Positions 55,459-63,228 of a DNA stretch of 64,000 nt are shown piece by piece. The position numbers and the translations under genes were made by a program. Source of the DNA: an uncultured Prolixibacteraceae bacterium. Lineage in GTDB: Bacteria > Bacteroidota > Bacteroidia > Bacteroidales > FEN-979. The stretch's first letter is position 1; every line of letters begins with the position of its first letter. The notes under the pieces were generated by a model. It saw only the letters and a list, made by a program, of their open reading frames with translations, ran no database searches and had not been told where the DNA came from. The stretch spans positions 1,635 to 65,634 of the forward strand of contig CAZTSX010000006.1 in assembly GCA_964616825.1 (NCBI GenBank), written 5' to 3'.

Positions 55459-56082
55459 ATCTCTTCCATTCTTACATATTTCCCGGATATTTCCGATCAT
55501 CAACAGAGCCAGTTCTCTCAGATGTGCAAATTGTACCCATTCTGGAATGAGAAGATCAATGTCATATCCAGAAAAGACATCGACCAACTATACCTTCACC
55601 ACATCCTTCACTCCCTCTCCATTGGATGTGTTGTCAAGTTCCGTGCAAACACCCGGGTTTTGGATGCCGGTACAGGGGGCGGTTTCCCAGGAATTCCACT
55701 AGCCGTTCTTTTTCCGGATGTAAACTTCACGTTGGCCGATTCAATCAAGAAAAAAATCCGGGTGGTGGATGAGATTGCCCAGGCATTGGAATTGAAAAAT
55801 GTAACGACTAAGTGTGTGCGATTTGAAACAATCAGTGAAACATTTGATTTCATTACCGGACGAGCGATTACCGACCTTCTCGTATTTTATAACATGCTGA
55901 AAGATAAAATCGAAATCAAGAATCGAAACGATATTCCAAATGGTATGTTATATCTAAGCGGAGGAGATCAGAAATCAAAACTGAAAGAGATTCCTGTGAA
56001 AAAGACCATTACAAAGTTGTCAGATTTTTTCCCCGAGCCTTACTTCTCAACAAAAAACCTGATCCACATTCAGACCAGTTAG
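55459..56082 (+). CDS. rsmG: 16S rRNA (guanine527-N7)-methyltransferase RsmG; start codon uncertain (non-canonical)
   Basis: SAM-MTase motif LDAGTGGGFPGIPLA. Conserved N-terminal region (ILTYFPDISDHQQSQF) lies upstream of the first ATG at 55522, in frame and stop-free back to 55450. Confidence 0.75.
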   Translation: MSSILTYFPDISDHQQSQFSQMCKLYPFWNEKINVISRKDIDQLYLHHILHSLSIGCVVKFRANTRVLDAGTGGGFPGIPLAVLFPDVNFTLADSIKKKIRVVDEIAQALELKNVTTKCVRFETISETFDFITGRAITDLLVFYNMLKDKIEIKNRNDIPNGMLYLSGGDQKSKLKEIPVKKTITKLSDFFPEPYFSTKNLIHIQTS

Positions 56083-56230
56083 TTTCAGTTCATCAAGTAA
56101 ACCTAGTTTATAATAAGTGCTAAATCACAAAAAACAAATAACAAACATAATCCGACCTCCTCTTTGTACTCTTAGTGAATTTTTGTTATTTAGAGGCCCT
56201 TAAGAAAAACAACCACCTAAACCAATAATC

Positions 56231-58309
56231 ATGTCTGAACAAAAGAAGTTCGTTCCCTTTGTCTCCTCTGAGACTAAAATGCGTGAATTCACGATCCGTG
56301 CCCTGATCATCGGGCTCTTCTTTGCTGTCATCCTGGGAGCTGCCAACGCTTACCTTGGATTGAAAGCGGGAATGACAATTGCGGCAACCTATCCGGCTGC
56401 TGTTCTTGGGATGGCAATCCTGAGAATGCTTAGAGGGACAATTTTGGAAGAAAATTTTACTCGTACTGTAGGTTCAATCGGTGAATCCGTAGCTGCGGGA
56501 GCAATTTTCACCCTACCAGCCTTCTTTATTTCAGGAGTCTGGCCCGAATTCTTCACCGCCGGACACTACTTCACATCTACGCTGATTCTGATCGCCGGTG
56601 GAATCCTCGGGATCATGTTTGTCGCTCTGTTACGCCGGGTGATGGTTGAAGATGCCGAACTTCCTTTTCCGGAATCACTGGCTGCGGCTGAAATCCATAA
56701 AGCCGGACAATCGGGATCAGGTGGATCCAGGTTCCTCTTCTGGGCTATGGGTCTTGGTGGTTTGATAAAAATATTAGCAGAAGTCAGATTATTCCAATAT
56801 ATCTGGGAGAAATTTGTTGTTTTTTCTCAACAAACGATTGCCGGAACAGTCTTTACAGGCAAAGGAGGAATGCTTCTGAGTTCGCCGGGTGTGAGTCCGG
56901 CATACATGGGAGTCGGATACATTATCGGCCCGAGACTCGGCGCACTGAACTTTAGCGGAGGTCTGATCGCCTGGGGTTTGATGGCGCCCATGATCCTCTA
57001 TTTCCTTCTTCCCAGCTTCGACTTTCAATCCTGGGCGACCTATCTCATGAGTATGGATCCTACACTAACCATGGATACTGCTATGGAGCGGGTAACCGAT
57101 CCAACTTACCAGATTACCTCCATCTGGCGTTTTATCGTCAGACCAATTGCTATTGGCGGTATGCTTGTAAGTGCCGCCTATACATTATATATGATGCGAA
57201 AAAGTCTAATCACAGGTATCGGGCGCTCAATCTCTGACGTAAGAAAAGCAGCTACCGGGATCGATGCAGGTGAAACACGTGTAGAGAAAGACCTTAGCTT
57301 CGGTGTGATCATGATTGGGATCGCCGTTGTGGCTATACTGACGTTTGCGATAACTTACTTCATCTTCCAGACAAGCATACTGATCGCAGTTGTCGCCGCC
57401 ACGTTGATGATCGTCCTTGCCTTCTTCTTTGCAGCAGTCTCAGGATATCTTGTCGGGATCATGGGATCCAGTAATAATCCGATCAGCGGGTTAACCCTGA
57501 CAGCCCTGGTCGTGACCGCCTTGATCCTGGTCGGACTGGGTGTCCAGGGAGAAGCGGGTGTGGCAGCTGTGCTGGGTGTGGCCGCCATCGTTTGTGTCTC
57601 TGCAGCAGTAGCCGGAGAGATGCTCCAGGACCTCAAAGCAGGACATATCCTGGGTGGTACACCCTGGCGAATGCAGGTGGGTGATATTATCGGTGTGATC
57701 TTTGCCGGTGCTGTGATGTTTGTTGTGCTTGCATACCTTCACGAAGGGGATATTGCAAGCGGTGAAAACCTGGGATACCAGGGAGGATTCGGAAGTAAAA
57801 ATCTCTCCGCTCCCCAGGCCAGCCTCATGGCCATCCTGTCAAGAGGGATTGTGGAAGGCGCTATGGCATGGCCACTGATTATCGCAGGGATGATCATGGG
57901 AACAGCATTCATCCTGATGCAGGTAAAGAGTCCGATGCTTGTCAGCGTAGGGATGTACCTTCCTATCGAAACAACCTTCGCCATCTTTGTTGGAGGGATA
58001 TTTAAAGGTGCGGTCGACTGGTTCACGAATAAGCGGAAACTCAACAGCTTACAGAAGATACGGGTTGAAAATACAGGGGTATTGCTGGCTTCCGGATTGA
58101 TCGCGGGAGAAGCTTTGATGGGTTTGGTGATCGCCATCCTGGCAGTTGTGAATATCTTCCTGTACGACTACTTCGTCTTCTTCCAGAGCCCCTCATTCCT
58201 CATCAGCCTGGTGATCATCGCAATCATCGCATATGTGATGATCCGGATCCCACTGAAGAATGCTGGCACGAAAGATGAACCTGCACCTCCTACATCAGGA
58301 ATGTTGTAG
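56231..58309 (+). CDS. OPT family oligopeptide transporter
   Basis: 692 aa, ~16 TM helices. N-terminal REFTIRALIIGLFFAVILGAANAYLGLKAGMT pattern typical of bacterial OPT proteins. Confidence 0.9.
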   Translation: MSEQKKFVPFVSSETKMREFTIRALIIGLFFAVILGAANAYLGLKAGMTIAATYPAAVLGMAILRMLRGTILEENFTRTVGSIGESVAAGAIFTLPAFFISGVWPEFFTAGHYFTSTLILIAGGILGIMFVALLRRVMVEDAELPFPESLAAAEIHKAGQSGSGGSRFLFWAMGLGGLIKILAEVRLFQYIWEKFVVFSQQTIAGTVFTGKGGMLLSSPGVSPAYMGVGYIIGPRLGALNFSGGLIAWGLMAPMILYFLLPSFDFQSWATYLMSMDPTLTMDTAMERVTDPTYQITSIWRFIVRPIAIGGMLVSAAYTLYMMRKSLITGIGRSISDVRKAATGIDAGETRVEKDLSFGVIMIGIAVVAILTFAITYFIFQTSILIAVVAATLMIVLAFFFAAVSGYLVGIMGSSNNPISGLTLTALVVTALILVGLGVQGEAGVAAVLGVAAIVCVSAAVAGEMLQDLKAGHILGGTPWRMQVGDIIGVIFAGAVMFVVLAYLHEGDIASGENLGYQGGFGSKNLSAPQASLMAILSRGIVEGAMAWPLIIAGMIMGTAFILMQVKSPMLVSVGMYLPIETTFAIFVGGIFKGAVDWFTNKRKLNSLQKIRVENTGVLLASGLIAGEALMGLVIAILAVVNIFLYDYFVFFQSPSFLISLVIIAIIAYVMIRIPLKNAGTKDEPAPPTSGML

Positions 58310-58310
58310 A

Positions 58311-58390
58311 AGGGAAGAAAGGACAGAGGAATAAAGGGACATAGGGATAAAAGATTGTCATGTGCCTTTGTCCCTATGTGCCTTCGTCCC
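58311..58390. repeat. two opposed octamer arrays (AGGRAnAn x5; YDTGTSCC x4)
   Basis: AGGGAAGA AAGGACAG AGGAATAA AGGGACAT AGGGATAA (58311-50). CATGTGCC TTTGTCCC TATGTGCC TTCGTCCC (58359-90). Starts 2 nt after the OPT stop. Confidence 0.8.
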
Positions 58391-58403
58391 TAATAATTTA
58401 GCG

Positions 58404-58805
58404 ATGGAAGTAAACTTTCTCAAACGACGCAGTATTTTCAAACGAACCAGTGCACTGGAACTGATTCCAATACGTACCATTGAGTATGAAACCCGAGAGG
58501 ATGGTTGCGTTAACATCCTCCTTCCCCGGTTTAAAAACAAACTTCTGGCACACGTTATGGAATCATTCAACAGAAAAAAGATCATTCATATCAAACTGGA
58601 TGAATTTGGTACTGCGACATGGTTGAGGATTGATGGAAAACGTTCTGTTGCAACGATCATCGAGAAATTAAAAGAGGAGTTTCCGGATAAATTAAAACCT
58701 GCTGAAGAGACAGAGGAGAGAGTAAATAAGTTTCTGACTATCCTTTATCAACAGCGCTTCATCTCATTCCAGCAAATCCAAAGAGAGGAGCACTCGGTTT
58801 TATGA
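58404..58805 (+). CDS. PqqD-like (RRE-fold) family protein
   Basis: Start at MEVNFLKRR. The segment LDEFGTATWLRIDGKRSVATIIEKLKEEF ... VNKFLTILYQQRFISF fits the PqqD winged-helix pattern. Confidence 0.55.
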   Translation: MEVNFLKRRSIFKRTSALELIPIRTIEYETREDGCVNILLPRFKNKLLAHVMESFNRKKIIHIKLDEFGTATWLRIDGKRSVATIIEKLKEEFPDKLKPAEETEERVNKFLTILYQQRFISFQQIQREEHSVL

Positions 58806-58838
58806 AATTTTTCTACTTTTACACCACAAAAAAGCACC

Positions 58839-58896
58839 AACTCACTAACTCACTACCCTTGTCATTGCGAGCGAAGCGAAGCAACACCAGTTCACC
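58839..58896. repeat. AACTCACT x2 followed by copy 2 of the TTGTCATTGYGAG element
   Basis: AACTCACT AACTCACT (58839-54), then TTGTCATTGCGAGCGAAGCGAAGCAACACCAGTTCACC (58859-96). Confidence 0.75.
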
Positions 58897-58941
58897 GATT
58901 AACCCGAAACAACCAACATAATAACCATTAAACATAATAAG

Positions 58942-60402
58942 ATGAGCAACGAAATAGCAAACATTCACCCCCAGGAACTCTGGAAACATTTTTATGACCT
59001 TACGCAAATACCTCGCCCTTCCAAGCATGAAGCAGCAGTAGCGCAATTTATCGTTGATTTTGGGGAAAAACTGGGTCTGGAGACCATTGTCGATACAATC
59101 GGAAATATTATCATCAAAAAACCTGCAACCCCGGGAATGGAAAACAGGCAAGGAGTGATCCTTCAGGCTCACCTTGATATGGTCCCTCAGAAAAATGAAG
59201 ATACAGCACACGATTTTACAAAAGACCCCCTCAAACCATATATCGATGAGGATTGGGTGAAAGCAACCGGAACTACGCTGGGAGCCGATAACGGAATAGG
59301 CATTGCTGCTGCCATGGCTGTCCTTGAATCAAAAACGCTGGAACATGGTCCCGTTGAAGGCCTCTTTACCATCGATGAAGAGACAGGCATGACTGGCGCA
59401 TTTGGCATGAAGCCCGGTTTACTTGATGGAGATATTCTCCTGAATATGGATTCTGAGGATGAAGGAGAACTCTATATCGGTTGCGCCGGAGGAACCAATG
59501 CTAACATCAGGTTCAACTACAAAGAAACACCGGTTCCTGACGGAATGACAGCATTCAAACTGACAGTGAAAGGATTGAAAGGGGGACACAGTGGCCTCGA
59601 TATTCCACTGGGGCGTGGCAACTCCAATAAACTCCTCAACCGCCTGATGTGGTCTGCGGAACGCCTTTACGGATTACGCCTGGCCAGCATCGACGGAGGA
59701 AGCCTGCGCAACGCAATTCCCCGCGAATCTATGGCAATCGTTGTTGTCCCGGAGAAGAATAAAGATGCCTTTTTGAAAGAGATCAAAACGTTTACGGCTG
59801 ATGTAACAAAAGAGTTCTCCATTGTTGAACCAGACCTGAAGGTTCTGGTAGACAAAGCAGAGATGCCAGACATTCTCATTGATGAGAAAACTCAACATAC
59901 TTTTTTCAATGCTGTTTATGCCTGTCCGAATGGTGTGATACGCATGAGTAATGAAATGGAAGGCCTGGTTGAGACCTCTACCAACCTGGCAATCGCTAAA
60001 TCCGCCGATGGCGAAATTAAACTGCAATGCCTGTTGAGAAGTTCTGTCGACTCAGCGAAAATCGATCTTGAGCAGATGATACAGTCGGTTTTTGAACTGG
60101 CGAATGCTGAAATCCTTTTCGATGGTCAGTATCCGGGATGGAAACCAAATCCCGACTCACCCATTCTCAAAACGATGATGCAGGTATACGAAAAGAAGTT
60201 TGGGAAAATTCCGGAGATCAGGGGAATCCACGCCGGGCTGGAATGTGGTATCCTGGGAAATCCATATCCACACTGGGATATGATCTCATTTGGCCCAACG
60301 ATAAGGTTTCCGCACTCGCCTGATGAGAAAGTAAGCATAAGTACGGTTGAGAAGTTCTGGGATTTCCTGGTTGAAACCCTGAAAGACATCCCCGTAAAGT
60401 AA
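58942..60402 (+). CDS. pepD: aminoacyl-histidine dipeptidase (M20 family, PepD)
   Basis: LWKHFYDLTQIPRPSKHE, LQAHLDMV, GADNGIG, DEETGMTG metal-site motifs. 486 aa. Confidence 0.9.
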   Translation: MSNEIANIHPQELWKHFYDLTQIPRPSKHEAAVAQFIVDFGEKLGLETIVDTIGNIIIKKPATPGMENRQGVILQAHLDMVPQKNEDTAHDFTKDPLKPYIDEDWVKATGTTLGADNGIGIAAAMAVLESKTLEHGPVEGLFTIDEETGMTGAFGMKPGLLDGDILLNMDSEDEGELYIGCAGGTNANIRFNYKETPVPDGMTAFKLTVKGLKGGHSGLDIPLGRGNSNKLLNRLMWSAERLYGLRLASIDGGSLRNAIPRESMAIVVVPEKNKDAFLKEIKTFTADVTKEFSIVEPDLKVLVDKAEMPDILIDEKTQHTFFNAVYACPNGVIRMSNEMEGLVETSTNLAIAKSADGEIKLQCLLRSSVDSAKIDLEQMIQSVFELANAEILFDGQYPGWKPNPDSPILKTMMQVYEKKFGKIPEIRGIHAGLECGILGNPYPHWDMISFGPTIRFPHSPDEKVSISTVEKFWDFLVETLKDIPVK

Positions 60403-60410
60403 AGAAAAAG

Positions 60411-60460
60411 ATTGCCATGCATTGCCATACATTGACATAGATTGCCATTGATTGTCATAG
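60411..60460. repeat. decamer array ATTGNCATNN x5
   Basis: ATTGCCATGC ATTGCCATAC ATTGACATAG ATTGCCATTG ATTGTCATAG. Starts 8 nt after the pepD stop. Confidence 0.9.
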
Positions 60461-60501
60461 AGTAAATAATAATTACGTTTGTAATTTTGAATTTCTATTC
60501 G

Positions 60502-60509
60502 TATTTTTG
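60502..60509 (+). promoter_or_regulatory. -7 box TATTTTTG upstream of rpmH
   Basis: TAnnTTTG match 21 nt upstream of ATG 60531. A second match, TAATTTTG, lies at 60482-60489. Confidence 0.5.
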
Positions 60510-60530
60510 CAGCCCTAAATTTGAATAGAG

Positions 60531-60692
60531 ATGCCAAAACGTACATTTCAGCCCTCCAAAAGAAAAAGGAAGAATAAACACGGCTTCCGTGAACGGATGT
60601 CTACCGTAAGCGGACGTAAGATTGTTACAGCCAGAAGGGCTAAAGGAAGAAAGAAATTGAGTGTTTCAGACGAGAAGTTGGATAAAGATTAA
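60531..60692 (+). CDS. rpmH: 50S ribosomal protein L34
   Basis: My own translation gives [53 protein letters not shown] (53 aa). Too short for the supplied track. TATTTTTG box 22 nt upstream, hairpin plus T-run downstream. Confidence 0.9.
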   Translation: MPKRTFQPSKRKRKNKHGFRERMSTVSGRKIVTARRAKGRKKLSVSDEKLDKD

Positions 60693-60715
60693 TCCTTATC
60701 ACTGAATTAATTTAG

Positions 60716-60750
60716 AAAGAAGATTTGAAATTTGGTCTTCTTTTTTTATT
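60716..60750 (+). terminator. candidate intrinsic terminator after rpmH
   Basis: AAAGAAGA (60716-23) pairs with TCTTCTTT (60736-43) across a 12-nt loop, followed by a T-run. The stem is AT-rich, so confidence is moderate. Confidence 0.45.
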
Positions 60751-60780
60751 TTCACCACTTCGTTAAACATCCTCCCGATC

Positions 60781-63228
60781 ATGAAAAAATTTGATTTTAA
60801 CATCCTGTTTCCTTACATAGGCGCAGTCCTTATCTTCCTGATAATTACACTTGTTTATCTTAGCCCTCTTCTTGAAGGGAAACGTATCCATCAATCTGAC
60901 ATCATCCAGTTCAAGGGAATGTCTAAAGAGGTCGTAGATTTCAGAGAGAAGACAGGTACTGAACCGCTTTGGACAAATTCCATGTTTGGAGGGATGCCTG
61001 CATACCAGGTCTCGGTTTCTTATAAAGGAAATGTGCTGGGTTACCTGGATAAAATCCTGTCATTGAATCTTCCCCGCCCGGCCAACACCGTTTTTCTCTA
61101 TTTCATCGGTTTCTTTATACTGCTCCTGGTGCTGAAAATAAACCCATGGTTATCGATAGCTGGAGCCGTTGCGTTTGCTTTCTCCTCATACTTCTTTATC
61201 ATCCTCGATGTAGGGCACAACTCCAAAGCACATGCCATTGCCTATATGGCTCCTGTCATCGCCGGGATCATTCTTACATTACGACGAAAATACCTCCTGG
61301 GAGGGATCGTGACAGCTATTTTTCTTTCCCTGGAGATCAAAGCCAACCACCCGCAAATCACATATTACCTGTTGATCATTGTACTCATTCTGGGCCTCTT
61401 TGAACTGATTTATGCGATCCGTGAAAAACGATTTGCTCCTTTTGCAGGAGCAGTAGGTATTTTAGTTATTGCCGCCTCATTCGCAGTTCTGTCGAACACT
61501 GCTACCCTTTGGGCTACCTGGGAATATGGGAAACATACCATCAGGGGGAAATCCGAGCTGACCCACGACCAGGAAAACAAAACCTCGGGTCTGGATAAAG
61601 ATTATGCCACGCAATGGAGTTATGGTGTTGGTGAAACCATGACGTTGTTAATTCCCAACTTTTACGGAGGCCCCTCAGCGGCTTACATCAGCGATAACTC
61701 AGCCATTGTTAAAGCCCTTCAAGAAAACAAGGTCCCTCAAAACCAGATTAAACAGTTCACCAAATACCCACTCCCCTTCCTTTATTGGGGAGATCAACCA
61801 TCAGTTGCCGGACCGGTATATGTTGGAGCTATCGTATTTTTCCTCTTTATTCTTGGATTGATCATTGTCAGAGGATCGCTAAAATGGTGGCTGGTAACGG
61901 TCACAGTGCTCTCTATTGCTCTATCCTGGGGGCACAACTTTATGGCTCTCACAGATCTCTTTATGGATTATATCCCCGGATACAACAAGTTCCGGGCTGT
62001 TTCAATGACATTGGTGATTGCCGAGGTTGCCATGCCAATCCTGGCTTTTATGGCCCTGAAAGTACTCTTTGATCAGCTCCAGGAACAGAAAAAGTTGTTC
62101 AAATCATTAAAGATAGCTACCGCGATAGCCGGAGGACTGACGTTGTTATTTGTCATCATGCCTGGCCTCTTCCTGAGTTTTTCGGGACCTGCAGATGCAA
62201 ACATACAACAGCAATTCCAGTTCCCTGACTGGATGATGCAAGCCATCCGCGACGAAAGAACCCGTCTGATACGATTGGACTCCCTCCGTTCCTTTGCCTT
62301 CATCCTGCTGGCTGCTGCTACACTCTGGGCACTTCTGTTCAGCAAATTGAAGAAGAGCTACGTATATCTTATTCTGGGAACATTGATCCTGCTGGATATG
62401 TTTGTCATCAGTAAACGGTATCTCAACAATGATAGCTTTACTGAGAAAACTAAAATGGAAAATCCGTTTACTCCCACTGCAGCAGATCAGCGAATTTTAC
62501 AGGACAAGGATCCTAACTTCCGTGTGATTAACCTGAGTGTAAATACGTTCAACGATGCCAGCACCTCCTATTACCACAAAAGCATTGGCGGATACCATGG
62601 AGCCAAACTGCGTCGCTACCAGGAGTTGATCGAGAACCAAATCAGCAAGAACAACATGGATGTGTTGAATATGCTGAACACAAAATATGTGATTATCGCT
62701 GGAGAAGACCGGACCCCGATTGCCCAGCAAAATCGTGAAGCGCTTGGGAATGCCTGGTTCGTGGAAGATGTTGAAGTGGTAGACAACGCAGATCAGGAGA
62801 TGGCAGCAATCACGCATTTCAATCCTGCAGATACAGCTATCGTGGATAAACGCTTTGAAAATGAACTCAGTGCGTTCACTCCAGGGAGAGATTCACTGGC
62901 CTTCATAGAACTGACATCCTATGCTCCGAACGCCCTGGCATACAAGTATGAAACAGGAAAAGAGGGCCTGGCTGTATTCTCTGAGATCTACTATCCTAAA
63001 GGCTGGAATGCCTATGTTGATGGCGAATCAATGCCGCATTTCCGGGCAAACTACGTGCTCAGAGCGATGGTCCTGCCGGCGGGTAATCATTCGCTGGAAT
63101 TCAAGTTTGAACCAGATGTCTATGTAGTTGGAGAAAAAATCTCACTGATCAGCTCCCTCATTCTCGTGATTCTTGTCATCCTCCTTGGTTTGCTTGAAAT
63201 CCGCAAAGCATGGAAAGCATCAGCATGA
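60781..63228 (+). CDS. YfhO family membrane protein (GT-C-type glycosyl/polymer transferase candidate)
   Basis: 815 aa, polytopic. N-terminal YLSPLLEGKRIHQSDIIQFKGMSKE ... SMFGGMPAYQVS is the pattern I recall for Bacteroidota YfhO proteins. Confidence 0.75.
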   Translation: MKKFDFNILFPYIGAVLIFLIITLVYLSPLLEGKRIHQSDIIQFKGMSKEVVDFREKTGTEPLWTNSMFGGMPAYQVSVSYKGNVLGYLDKILSLNLPRPANTVFLYFIGFFILLLVLKINPWLSIAGAVAFAFSSYFFIILDVGHNSKAHAIAYMAPVIAGIILTLRRKYLLGGIVTAIFLSLEIKANHPQITYYLLIIVLILGLFELIYAIREKRFAPFAGAVGILVIAASFAVLSNTATLWATWEYGKHTIRGKSELTHDQENKTSGLDKDYATQWSYGVGETMTLLIPNFYGGPSAAYISDNSAIVKALQENKVPQNQIKQFTKYPLPFLYWGDQPSVAGPVYVGAIVFFLFILGLIIVRGSLKWWLVTVTVLSIALSWGHNFMALTDLFMDYIPGYNKFRAVSMTLVIAEVAMPILAFMALKVLFDQLQEQKKLFKSLKIATAIAGGLTLLFVIMPGLFLSFSGPADANIQQQFQFPDWMMQAIRDERTRLIRLDSLRSFAFILLAAATLWALLFSKLKKSYVYLILGTLILLDMFVISKRYLNNDSFTEKTKMENPFTPTAADQRILQDKDPNFRVINLSVNTFNDASTSYYHKSIGGYHGAKLRRYQELIENQISKNNMDVLNMLNTKYVIIAGEDRTPIAQQNREALGNAWFVEDVEVVDNADQEMAAITHFNPADTAIVDKRFENELSAFTPGRDSLAFIELTSYAPNALAYKYETGKEGLAVFSEIYYPKGWNAYVDGESMPHFRANYVLRAMVLPAGNHSLEFKFEPDVYVVGEKISLISSLILVILVILLGLLEIRKAWKASA

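Noticed and set aside
58802-58921. 39-codon ORF overlapping the PqqD-like stop by ATGA, considered as a RiPP precursor
   Set aside because: It runs through AACTCACT repeats, the dispersed TTGTCATTGCGAG element and a TACTTTTA promoter-like box. Precursors usually precede their RRE partner, and no tailoring enzyme is present. It is kept only as a remark in a finding.
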